This document shows positions 1-8,321 of a stretch of DNA of 64,000 nucleotides, piece after piece. The notes below the pieces were generated by a model that was given only the letters and a program-made list of their open reading frames with translations, searched no databases and was not told the origin of the DNA. The first letter of the stretch is position 1. Each line of letters begins with the position of its first letter. A program made the translations under genes and the position numbers. Origin of the DNA: Planctomycetota bacterium (GTDB taxonomy: Bacteria; Planctomycetota; UBA1135; UBA2386); the NCBI GenBank assembly GCA_046290465.1, contig JBKAGP010000001.1:4320001-4384000 (forward strand), read 5' to 3'.

Positions 1-14
1 TGTTCCGGGTCCTG

Positions 15-120
15 AGTCGGTTGGGTCCGGACGTCATCGATCGCAGGACCTATCTGATCGACTAGTGGGGCCGCCAGGAGTTGGCGGCCCAGGTCGTCGG
101 CCCGCAAGGCCGCTGGCGGC
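15..120 (+). other. Cluster of three predicted stem-loops (possible structured RNA or terminator region)
   Basis: AGTCGGTT-GGGTCC pairs with GGACCT..GATCGACT (15-63); GGGCCGCCA/TGGCGGCCC stem (68-90); GTCGTC-GGCC/GGCC..GGCGGC stem with a GCAA-containing loop (93-120). G-U pairs favour the + strand. Confidence 0.35.
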
Positions 121-136
121 GTTGTTGCTCCTCGAC

Positions 137-154
137 AGGATGTTGCAACATCCT
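137..154. promoter_or_regulatory. Perfect 18-bp palindrome AGGATGTTGCAACATCCT, candidate protein-binding site
   Basis: Identical to its own reverse complement, with no loop; AT-rich relative to the flanks; about 60 bp beyond the ParB-like stop codon. Confidence 0.55.
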
Positions 155-216
155 TCGTCACCGCGCCGGGCTGCCCACTCATGGCGGACCCAGCCAACTC
201 GCAAACGTCCGTTGAG

Positions 217-1020
217 TCAGTCCACCAGGTCGGGGAACATTCGACGCACGCGGGCTTCGTGTTCGCGGTCGTCGCCGGCCTTGCCGGCGAGCAGCGTCAG
301 CAGCGAGTGCAGATCGCGGCCGGTGACCCGGTAGGTCGTCTCGGCCTTCTCCTCGAGGCGCTTGCTGAGACGCCGGTGCGCGGCCTTGGGCGTCAGCACG
401 TAGCGCGGTTCCCTGCTCTCGGGCGCCTCGAGTTCGCGCAGCGCCGCGTCGGCGACCTCGCGCTCCTTGCCGGGCGGTGCGTCGAGCACGCGGCGGCAGA
501 TCTGGCGCGCCTTGCTCCACGACAGCTTGTCCTGCTGGAGCAGTTCGCGCACGCGGCGGTCCATGCCGGGCACGTAGCGCAGGATGTCCTGCACCCACGA
601 TTCGCTCTTGTCGAGGAAGGCGGCGATCCGCGCCGCCGACCAGTTGGCGTTGTTGAGAAACAGGATCGTGTCGAAGTAGTCGTGGATCCTGGCGTCGAGG
701 CGGTCGGCGTTGAGCTTGAGGTTGAGCGCGCGGATCTCCTCGACGTCGCCGGCGACGCAGCGGATGTCGACGCGGTCGTAGTAGCCGGGGTTGTCGCCGC
801 GGATCCGACGGATCGCTTCGAGGCGGTGGAAGCCGCCGACCAGGAAGTACTCGCGCGCGCGCCGTTCCCAGACCACCAGCGGCTCGAGCAGACCGTTCTG
901 CAGGATGTCGTCCTGATAGTGGCGGACCTTGCTCTCGCTCAGCTCGCGGTGGTTGGGCACCAGCGGGTGCACCTGGATCTGCTCGATCGGGACGTAGTCG
1001 TAGCGCTTGGTGGTGACCAT
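217..1020 (-). CDS. ParB/Srx N-terminal domain protein with HTH (non-canonical ParB-like)
   Basis: NGLLEPLVV, LVGGFHRLEA (GxxR box), LKLNADR, and HTH-like WSAARIAAFLDKSESWVQDIL. No parA in the window. Confidence 0.8.
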   Translation of the reverse strand: MVTTKRYDYVPIEQIQVHPLVPNHRELSESKVRHYQDDILQNGLLEPLVVWERRAREYFLVGGFHRLEAIRRIRGDNPGYYDRVDIRCVAGDVEEIRALNLKLNADRLDARIHDYFDTILFLNNANWSAARIAAFLDKSESWVQDILRYVPGMDRRVRELLQQDKLSWSKARQICRRVLDAPPGKEREVADAALRELEAPESREPRYVLTPKAAHRRLSKRLEEKAETTYRVTGRDLHSLLTLLAGKAGDDREHEARVRRMFPDLVD

Positions 1021-1058
1021 GGCGGGGGGGATGGCGTGCAGGCTACCATCCGGGCCGC

Positions 1059-2687
1059 GTGGAGACAGCGAAGGGCCACACCGTCATCAGCTTCCTCGGC
1101 ACGCAGCTCGACCGGGGTGGCCGCCACGACCGCTGGGACAGCTGGCGGCCGAACGTCGCGATGTGCATGCACGAGGACCTGCTGGTCGAACGGCTGGTGG
1201 TCCTGACCGAGCGCCGGTTCGGCAAGCTCTACAACGTCGTCGCGAAGGACATCGCGCTGGTGTCGCCGGGCACCCGGGTCGAGCAGCGCACGGTCTCGCT
1301 GCGCGACCCGTGGGACTTCGAGGAGGTCTTCGACGTGCTGCTGTCGGTGGCCGAGGAGCTCGAGCTCGACCCGGAGGCCGAGGACGTGCTGGTGCACATG
1401 ACGACCGGCACGCACGTCGCGCAGATCTGCCTGTTCCTGCTGACGGAGACGCGGCACTTCCCGGCGCGGTTGCTGCAGACCGGGCCGCCGTCGGCGAGGG
1501 ACGGCGGGCGAAGCAGCAAGGTCGGCAGCTGGCAGATCATCGACCTCGACCTGTCGCGATTCGACCGGCTGGCGCAGCGCTTCGCGCAGGAACACCAGCA
1601 GGGCGAGTCGCTGCTCAAGTCCGGCATCCAGACGCGCAACCGTTCGTTCAACGAACTGATCACGCAGGTCGAACGGGTGGCGCCGTTGTCGACCGCGCCG
1701 ATGCTGCTGATGGGGCCGACCGGCGCCGGCAAGTCGCAGCTCGCCAAGCAGATCTACGAGCTCAAGAAGCAGCGCCACCAGCTGCAGGGCACGTTCGTCG
1801 AGGTCAACTGCGCGACGATCCGCGGCGACGGGGCCCATTCGACGCTGTTCGGTCACAAGAAGGGTTCGTTCACCGGCGCCACCGGTGACCGTGCCGGGCT
1901 GCTGCGCGCGGCGGATGGCGGCCTGCTGTTCCTCGACGAGATCGGCGAGCTCGGCCTCGATGAGCAGGCGATGCTGTTGCGCGCGCTCGAGGACAAGCGC
2001 TTCCTGCCGCTCGGCAGCGACAAGGAGGCCGAGAGCGACTTCCAGTTGATCGCCGGGACCAACCGCGACCTCGGCCGCGCGGTGCACGAAGGAACGTTCC
2101 GCGAGGACCTGCTGGCGCGCATCAACCTGTGGACCTATCGGCTGCCGGGGCTGCGCGACCGCATCGAGGACCTCGAGCCCAACGTCGACTACGAGCTCGA
2201 GCGCTACTCCGCGCGCGTCGGCCGGCGCGTGCACTTCGCGGCCGAGGCGCGTCGTCGCTACCTCGAGTTCGCGACGTCGGCGGGCGGCCATTGGTGCGGC
2301 AACTTCCGCGACCTCAACGCGAGCATGACGCGGCTGTGCACGCTCGCACACGGCGGCCGCATCACCGACGAGGAGGTGCGCGGCGAGATCGCGCGGCTCG
2401 AGGCCGACTGGCAGCGCGGCGGCGACGAAGCGGCGGGTCGTGGGCAGGCCGACGACGCGCTGTTGGCCGAACTGCTCGGCGAGCAGGGGCTCTCAGAGCT
2501 CGATCGCTTCGACCGCGTGCAGCTGGCCGAGGTGGTGCGGGTCTGTCGGCGCCATCGCACGATGTCGGCGGCGGGGCGTGAGCTGTTCGCGGCGTCGCGG
2601 GCGCGCAAGGCCTCGAGCAACGACACCGACCGGCTGCGCAAGTACCTGGCGCGGTTCGGCCTCGAGTTCTCGTCGATGCACGGGTGA
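1059..2687 (+). CDS. rtcR: RNA repair transcriptional activator RtcR (CARF-like N-domain plus sigma54 AAA+ activator)
   Basis: N-terminus FLGTQLD..RWDSWRP, DPWDFEEV, HMTTGTHVAQIC; Walker A GPTGAGKS; GSFTGA loop; LFLDEIGEL; C-terminal DRLRKYLARFGL. Confidence 0.93.
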   Translation: METAKGHTVISFLGTQLDRGGRHDRWDSWRPNVAMCMHEDLLVERLVVLTERRFGKLYNVVAKDIALVSPGTRVEQRTVSLRDPWDFEEVFDVLLSVAEELELDPEAEDVLVHMTTGTHVAQICLFLLTETRHFPARLLQTGPPSARDGGRSSKVGSWQIIDLDLSRFDRLAQRFAQEHQQGESLLKSGIQTRNRSFNELITQVERVAPLSTAPMLLMGPTGAGKSQLAKQIYELKKQRHQLQGTFVEVNCATIRGDGAHSTLFGHKKGSFTGATGDRAGLLRAADGGLLFLDEIGELGLDEQAMLLRALEDKRFLPLGSDKEAESDFQLIAGTNRDLGRAVHEGTFREDLLARINLWTYRLPGLRDRIEDLEPNVDYELERYSARVGRRVHFAAEARRRYLEFATSAGGHWCGNFRDLNASMTRLCTLAHGGRITDEEVRGEIARLEADWQRGGDEAAGRGQADDALLAELLGEQGLSELDRFDRVQLAEVVRVCRRHRTMSAAGRELFAASRARKASSNDTDRLRKYLARFGLEFSSMHG

Positions 2688-2742
2688 AGCCGGTCGGCAA
2701 CGCTGCCTTGTGCGCGGCAGTGGCGTGGCCGACGATGCCGGC

Positions 2743-3035
2743 ATGGCGCCCGAGCTGAGCGGTGGCATCGACCACGTGCACGTCTACGTCGCCGACCGCG
2801 ACGCGGCCGCGTCCTGGTATGCACGCGTGCTCGGCTTTGGCGTGGTCGAGAAGTACCGTTCGTGGGCCGACGACCCCGACGGCCCGCTGACGATCGAGGA
2901 TCCGCGCGGGCGCGTCCACCTGGCGCTGTTCGCGTCGGGCGAGCCGGGGCACGACGTGGTTTCGACGATCCGGACGGCAACGGGCTGGAGATCACGACCT
3001 ACGAAGTCGGACCGGTGCGGGCGCGACTGGGGTAG
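2743..3035 (+). pseudogene. VOC/glyoxalase family gene with internal deletion and frameshift
   Basis: One frame gives IDHVHVYVADRDAAASWYARVLGF. The canonical VOC end FDDPDGNGLEITTY* is in a different frame from 2961 to the stop at 3033-3035, and the middle of the domain is missing. Confidence 0.75.
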
Positions 3036-3127
3036 GGCCAGGGACTTTTGCTAGCCGTTGCACAGGGATCGAACGTGCTACGTTCTGCGCCTCGCGGCAG
3101 GTCGCCGCGCATCGAACGGACGTCCAG

Positions 3128-5005
3128 ATGAAGATCGCCCCGCATCGGATCGCGCCCTGGTTGGCGCTGATGTTCGCCCTGCTGACCTCGCTCGCTGCCC
3201 CGGCTGCGGCGCAGCAGCATCAGGAGTTGCAGAACGCCAGGCTCGAGGACGGCGAGGCCGGCAACAAGCCGCCCGGTTGGCTGTTCAACGCGCAGGGCGG
3301 GGCCGAGTGCTCGATCGACGCCGAGGCGCCGTTCGAGGGCAAGCAATCGGCCCGGATCGACGCGAGCGCGCTGCAGGGGCGTGGCATGTCGAACATCATG
3401 CAGACGCTCGACGCGACGCCGTGGCGCGGCAAGCGGGTGCGATACCGGGCGGCGGTCAAGACCGCGGAGCTCGGTGCGGGCATCGGCGCGCAGCTGTGGT
3501 TTCGCGTCGATCGACCCAAGGACGAGGGCGGCAACCGGCAGCTGGGCGCGTTCGACAACATGGGCAATCGCCCGATCACCGACGCGGAGTGGAAGCACTA
3601 CGACATCGTGCTCGACGTCGAGGAGGACGCCGAACGGATCGTGCTCGGCATGTTCTTGCTCGGCAAGGGCAAGGCGTGGATCGACGACGTGTCGATGGAG
3701 GTCGTGGACGAGTCGGTGAAGGTGACGGGCGGCGGCAACTCCTCGTCGAGTTCGTCCAGCCGTTCGCGCGGTGGCTACCAGATGCCGGCGATCGTGCGCG
3801 AGGCCCTCGGCAAGGCACAGGACGCGCCGCAGCAGTCGTTCTGGACCTGGTGGTTGCTGCTGCCGGTGTTCGCGATCGCGCTGTTCGTCGTCGGCATGTG
3901 GCCGATGCGGCAGAAGGTCGTGCCGCAGGAGCCGCCGGTCGAGGTCGCGTTCCAGGGCATGGGCTGGCTGCGCTACTTCGCGCTGCGGTTCACGGTGTGC
4001 TACTGGCTGCTCTATTGCCTGCCGGGGCCGTTCACGAGCGTCATCCGCGCGATCGGCCAGCTCTGCAACGAGCTCGCGTCGGTCGAGTGGATGTCGTGGC
4101 TGGGCGACGGGTCCACCAAGATCTTCGAGATCAGCGGCAAGCTCGACGAGGGGCACCGCGCGTTCGAGTCGTGGATGGCGCACCGGAGCGCGGACTGGTT
4201 CTTCGGCATCGAGGGCCAGCTGGTGCCGCCGAACGGCAGCGGTGACACGACGATGGGTTACCTGACGCTGCTCAACTACTTCGTGCTGGCGCTGTTGCTC
4301 GCGACGACCTGGACGGTGCTGCTGCGTCGCATCCCGAGCCGGAACGCGTCGGTCGACCTGCTGCGAACCTACCTGCGCTACGTGCTGGCGCTCGCCATGC
4401 TCGGCTACGGCCTCGCCAAGGTGAACATGGCCGGCAACCAGTTTCCGGAGGTCAACGAGTACCGGCTCAACAACACGTGGGGGGAGACTTCGCCGATGGG
4501 GCTGGTCTGGGGGTTCATGGGCGCGTCGCGGCCGTACACGATCTTTGCGGGGATGGGCGAAGTGGTCGCTGCGGCGCTGCTGATCTGGCGGCATACGGCG
4601 CTGCTCGGCGCGATCGTGGCCGTCGCCGTGATGACCAACGTCGTGATGCTGAACTACTGCTACGACGTTCCGGTCAAGATCTACTCGACGCACCTGACGT
4701 TGATGGGCCTGCTGATCCTGGTGCCGGACGCGCGTCGTCTGCTGAGCCTGCTGATGTTCCAGCGCAACCCGACCGACCAGGGCACGCCGAACGTCTGGGC
4801 GGCCACCAACGTCGGTTGGCTGCGTTGGGTGCCGAAGACGATCGTCGTCGGCCTGTGCTTCCTCTACCCGATGGGTCAGCGGGCGTGGGACCTTGCGACC
4901 TACAAGCCGCCGACGGCGGAAGGCGAAGCCAAGGACGAGGGCAAGAGCCACCTGCTGGTCGATCGCGGCTACCGCTGGATCAACGAGGTTCCGTTCAATC
5001 GCTAG
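3128..5005 (+). CDS. Exported beta-sandwich (carbohydrate-binding-like) domain fused to a DoxX-like multi-pass membrane domain
   Basis: Signal peptide; QTLDATPWRGKRVRY..LWFRVD..FDNM..WIDDVS module; Ser-rich linker; membrane part with YGLAKV..QFP, SPMGLVWGFMGAS and LNYCYDVPVK. Confidence 0.7.
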   Translation: MKIAPHRIAPWLALMFALLTSLAAPAAAQQHQELQNARLEDGEAGNKPPGWLFNAQGGAECSIDAEAPFEGKQSARIDASALQGRGMSNIMQTLDATPWRGKRVRYRAAVKTAELGAGIGAQLWFRVDRPKDEGGNRQLGAFDNMGNRPITDAEWKHYDIVLDVEEDAERIVLGMFLLGKGKAWIDDVSMEVVDESVKVTGGGNSSSSSSSRSRGGYQMPAIVREALGKAQDAPQQSFWTWWLLLPVFAIALFVVGMWPMRQKVVPQEPPVEVAFQGMGWLRYFALRFTVCYWLLYCLPGPFTSVIRAIGQLCNELASVEWMSWLGDGSTKIFEISGKLDEGHRAFESWMAHRSADWFFGIEGQLVPPNGSGDTTMGYLTLLNYFVLALLLATTWTVLLRRIPSRNASVDLLRTYLRYVLALAMLGYGLAKVNMAGNQFPEVNEYRLNNTWGETSPMGLVWGFMGASRPYTIFAGMGEVVAAALLIWRHTALLGAIVAVAVMTNVVMLNYCYDVPVKIYSTHLTLMGLLILVPDARRLLSLLMFQRNPTDQGTPNVWAATNVGWLRWVPKTIVVGLCFLYPMGQRAWDLATYKPPTAEGEAKDEGKSHLLVDRGYRWINEVPFNR

Positions 5006-5169
5006 TGGGCAAAGCCCCGTCCGCACGCGTACACGCCGCTTCCGCGATCACGGTCGGCAGCGCGTCCACTGCATGGACGCGCTCCTAGTGGGCAAAGCCC
5101 AGTCCGCACGCGTACGCGCCGCTTCCGCGATCACGGTCGGCAGCGCGTCCACTACATGGACGCGCTCCT
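5002..5169. repeat. Tandem duplication of an 83-bp REP-like unit with internal hairpins
   Basis: Copies begin at 5002 and 5085 and differ at about 3 positions. Each contains GGGC-AAA-GCCC and AGCGCGTCCA-N5-TGGACGCGCT hairpins. Lies between convergent genes. Confidence 0.9.
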
Positions 5170-5222
5170 TGCGCCGGCCCAGCCGTGACCGCGGTTGGCA
5201 GGGTCTGCTCCCCGGAACCAGA

Positions 5223-6431
5223 CTATCGGGCCGGTTGGTGGAAGCCGAAGCGCCACGGGTGGGCGTCCATCGGGAAGTCGTTGAGGTCGAGTTGGCGCAG
5301 CGCGTCGAAGCGGGGCTGCATCTCCTCGAGGGAGTCGCCGCCGAGCTTCTCGGTGAGGGCGTCGGCGAGCACGATCGCGACCATCGCTTCGCAGATCGGC
5401 ACGGCGCGCGGGACCTGGCAGAAGTCGCTGCGCTCGTAGTTGGTCGCCGACGGTTCGCCGGTGGCGAGGTCGACCGACTGCAGCGACGCGATCGTCGTCG
5501 CGATCGGCTTGAAGGCCGTGCGCGTGATGATCGGCGAACCGTTGGTGATGCCGCCCTCGATGCCGCCGGCGCGATTGGTGTCGCGCACCAGCGCGTCGCC
5601 GTCGCGGCGCAGTTCGTCCTGGGCCTTGGTGCCGGGCCGGCGGCAGTTGGCGAAGCCGCCGCCGAACTCGACGCCCTTGGCCGCGTGCACGCTCATCAGG
5701 GCGCCGCCGAGCCGCGCGTCGATGCGCCGGTCGTAGTGCACGTGGCTGCCCAGGCCCACCGGCACGCCGGTCGCAAAGGTCTCGACGACCCCGCCGAGCG
5801 TGTCCTTGTCGGCGATGGTCTGCTGGATCGCCGCGTGCATCGCCGCGAACGACGTCTGGTCCGGGCAGCGCACGTCGTTGGCCTCGGCCACGGCGAAGCG
5901 GGCGCGCAGCCGGGCCGGGTCGTTGAGCGGCTCCTCGTCGGCGCACGACACGTCGCCGATGCCGGTGACGTAGCCGCCGACCTCGACGCCGAACTCGAGC
6001 AGCAGCGCCTTGCAGGTCGCGCCGACGGCGACGCGCATCGCGGTCTCGCGCGCCGAGGCCCGCTCGAGGGAGAGTCGCAGTTCGCGGTAGCCGTACTTGG
6101 CCGCGCCGGTCAGGTCGGCGTGGCCCGGGCGCGGCACCGTCATCGGCTTGATGTCCTTGTCGTGCCAGTTCTTGAAGTCGGCGTTGTCGATCACGAACGC
6201 GATCGGGCCGCCGGTCGTGCGGCCGGCCATCACGCCGGCCGTGATCTGCGCGTGGTCGGTCTCGATCTTCATGCGACCGCCGGAGCCGGAGCCCTTCTGT
6301 CGCCGCGCGAGTTCGCGCGCGATCGTCGCCTCGTCGAGCGGGACGCCGGCCGGCATGCCCTCGAGGATGCCGGTCAGCGAGGGGCCGTGGGATTCACCGG
6401 CCGTCAGGAAACGCAGTCTGCTCGTGAACAT
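5223..6431 (-). CDS. aroC: Chorismate synthase
   Basis: LRFLTAGESHG, PRPGHADL, ERASARET, GGIEGGITNG, ERSD motifs. Confidence 0.97.
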   Translation of the reverse strand: MFTSRLRFLTAGESHGPSLTGILEGMPAGVPLDEATIARELARRQKGSGSGGRMKIETDHAQITAGVMAGRTTGGPIAFVIDNADFKNWHDKDIKPMTVPRPGHADLTGAAKYGYRELRLSLERASARETAMRVAVGATCKALLLEFGVEVGGYVTGIGDVSCADEEPLNDPARLRARFAVAEANDVRCPDQTSFAAMHAAIQQTIADKDTLGGVVETFATGVPVGLGSHVHYDRRIDARLGGALMSVHAAKGVEFGGGFANCRRPGTKAQDELRRDGDALVRDTNRAGGIEGGITNGSPIITRTAFKPIATTIASLQSVDLATGEPSATNYERSDFCQVPRAVPICEAMVAIVLADALTEKLGGDSLEEMQPRFDALRQLDLNDFPMDAHPWRFGFHQPAR

Positions 6432-6541
6432 CGCCGGCCGGACTCTACCGGAGCCGACCGGCGTGCCATACTGGCGCGCCATACTCTGGTCCACCCTTCT
6501 CTGGCCGACCTCGTTGCCGCGGTTCGTGCGCCGCTCGGGGT

Positions 6542-8257
6542 TCACGGCTGACGGCGCAGCGCTTCGGCCAGCTGCCGGTCCGCAGCGAGGGTGGCGTCGA
6601 CGGTGCGATGGGCGATCGAACGGTACAGCGGAGCGCGCCTCGCCAGCACCGGTTCGACCTCGGCGTCGATCGGCGCACCGGTGAGCGACGGCCGGCCGCT
6701 GCCGCGCACCCGCTGCTGCAGCAGCTCCAGCGGCGCCTCGACGTAGACGACGCACGCGCGCGTGCGCAGCAGGTCGCGGGTCGCTTCCGACTCGATCGCG
6801 CCTCCGCCGGTCGCCACCACGCAGCCGGCCTGGAGCGCGTCTGCGACCAGGCCCTGCTCGACCTCGCGGAACGCCGGCCAGCCGTGCGCGGCCACGAACG
6901 CGGCGAGGTCGCCGTGGGCGGCGACGAACCGTTGGTCGGTGTCGACGAAGCGGCTGCCGAGGTGCTGCGCCAGCGCGCGGCCGAGCGTGGTCTTGCCGGC
7001 GCCGCGCATGCCGACCAGCGCGACCGGCCGGTGCTGGGCGTGCACCGCGTCGAGATCGTCCCAGAACGTCGGGTAGCTCTTGGCGACGCAGCCGGGGTCG
7101 TCGATCGAGACCCCCGGCACCAGGGATCCGAGCAGCGCAAACGCCATCGCGACGCGGTGGTCGGCCTCGGGATCGATGGTCGCGCCGTGCAGCGCGCGGC
7201 CGCCGCGGATGGTCAGCCCGTCCGCATGCTCGTCGAGGTCGGCGCCGCAGCGGCGCAGCTCGCGCGCCATCACCGCGACGCGATCGCACTCCTTGACGCG
7301 AACATTGTGGGCGCCGACCAGGCGCGTGGTGCCGTCGCGCAGCGCGGCGACGACGGCCAGGTTGAGGAACTGGTCCGGCAGCGGTTCGACGTCGATCGTG
7401 CGTTCGCCGGGGCCGCGCAGCGCGTCGAGCACGGCGCCGAGCGCCTCGTCGGCCTGGCCCGAACCCTGCACCAGGTTGTCGCTGCGCACGCGAGAGCCAT
7501 CGAGGTGGCCGAGGCAGCTCCACGCCCCCATGCCGCTCCAGTCGCCGCCGACCTGCACCTCCGCGGGCACGTCGCCGTAGCCGCGCGCGACGCGGGCGTG
7601 CGTCGCCGTCAGCGTGGCGTCGATCCCGAACCGCTGCAGCAGCGACACGGTCAGCTGCGCGTAGCTGCGCGACGCGAGCGAACCTTCGAACGATGCGCGC
7701 AGGCCGGCCGGTAGCGCGGCGCCGACCATCAGCAGCGACGACACGAACTGGCTCGACACGCTGCCGTCGATCGACACGTCGCCACCGTCCGGCAGGCCGC
7801 CGCGCACGCGCACCGGCGGGCAGCCGTCGCGCGCGTCGACGTCGACGCCGAGCCGCCGCCAGGCGTCGACCAGCGGCTGGATCGGACGCTTCTGCATGTG
7901 GGCGTCGCCGGTCACGATCCACTCGCCCGGCGTCACCGCGGCGACCGAGACCAGGAAGCGCACGGCGGTGCCGGCATTGCCGCAGAACAGTTCGCCACGC
8001 GTCGGCGCGTCCGCGGCGCGCGGGCCGACCTGCACCGTGCCGCGGCCCTCGTCGACGAACCGCGCTTCGTAGCCGAGCGTGCCGAGGCCGCGCACCAGGT
8101 GCCGCACGTCGTCGGTCGGCGAGGCGCCGTGCACGACCACCCGCCGCTGCGACAGCGCGGCGATCACCAGCAGGCGGTTGGCCTCGCTCTTGCTGCCGGG
8201 CACCGACAGCGCGGCGTCGCTCGGAAATGCCAGCGGTCGCACCGCTCGCGCGCTCAT
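6542..8257 (-). CDS. aroA: Fused EPSP synthase (AroA) and shikimate kinase (AroK)
   Basis: PGSKSEANR, CGNAGTAVRF, SSQFVSSLL, RVKECDR, DHRVAMAF and KSYP, followed in frame by GMRGAGKTT, DTD and VATGGG. Confidence 0.93.
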   Translation of the reverse strand: MSARAVRPLAFPSDAALSVPGSKSEANRLLVIAALSQRRVVVHGASPTDDVRHLVRGLGTLGYEARFVDEGRGTVQVGPRAADAPTRGELFCGNAGTAVRFLVSVAAVTPGEWIVTGDAHMQKRPIQPLVDAWRRLGVDVDARDGCPPVRVRGGLPDGGDVSIDGSVSSQFVSSLLMVGAALPAGLRASFEGSLASRSYAQLTVSLLQRFGIDATLTATHARVARGYGDVPAEVQVGGDWSGMGAWSCLGHLDGSRVRSDNLVQGSGQADEALGAVLDALRGPGERTIDVEPLPDQFLNLAVVAALRDGTTRLVGAHNVRVKECDRVAVMARELRRCGADLDEHADGLTIRGGRALHGATIDPEADHRVAMAFALLGSLVPGVSIDDPGCVAKSYPTFWDDLDAVHAQHRPVALVGMRGAGKTTLGRALAQHLGSRFVDTDQRFVAAHGDLAAFVAAHGWPAFREVEQGLVADALQAGCVVATGGGAIESEATRDLLRTRACVVYVEAPLELLQQRVRGSGRPSLTGAPIDAEVEPVLARRAPLYRSIAHRTVDATLAADRQLAEALRRQP

Positions 8258-8321
8258 GCCGGCGCCCTCACGGCGGCTCGGTCACGGCAGCAGCTCGCGG
8301 CAGGGCACCTCCGGCAGGCTC

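Noticed and set aside
15..66. Y RNA (GGTCCG...GACTAG resemblance) near rtcR
   Set aside because: The motifs do not pair in the Ro60-binding register, no tRNA-like domain is visible and no TROVE gene is in the window. Kept only as a generic structured-RNA finding.
113..129. Sigma54-like -24/-12 motif CTGGC-N7-TTGCT as the RtcR target promoter
   Set aside because: Spacing is correct, but it lacks the AC after TGGC and points antisense into the 3' end of the ParB-like gene with no downstream target. Plausibly chance in GC-rich DNA.
217..1020. Chromosome-partitioning parB/parS near the origin
   Set aside because: No parA, a divergent GFHR motif, and the nearby palindrome is not canonical parS.
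5002..5169. CRISPR array
   Set aside because: Two contiguous 83-bp copies with no unique spacers and no cas genes.
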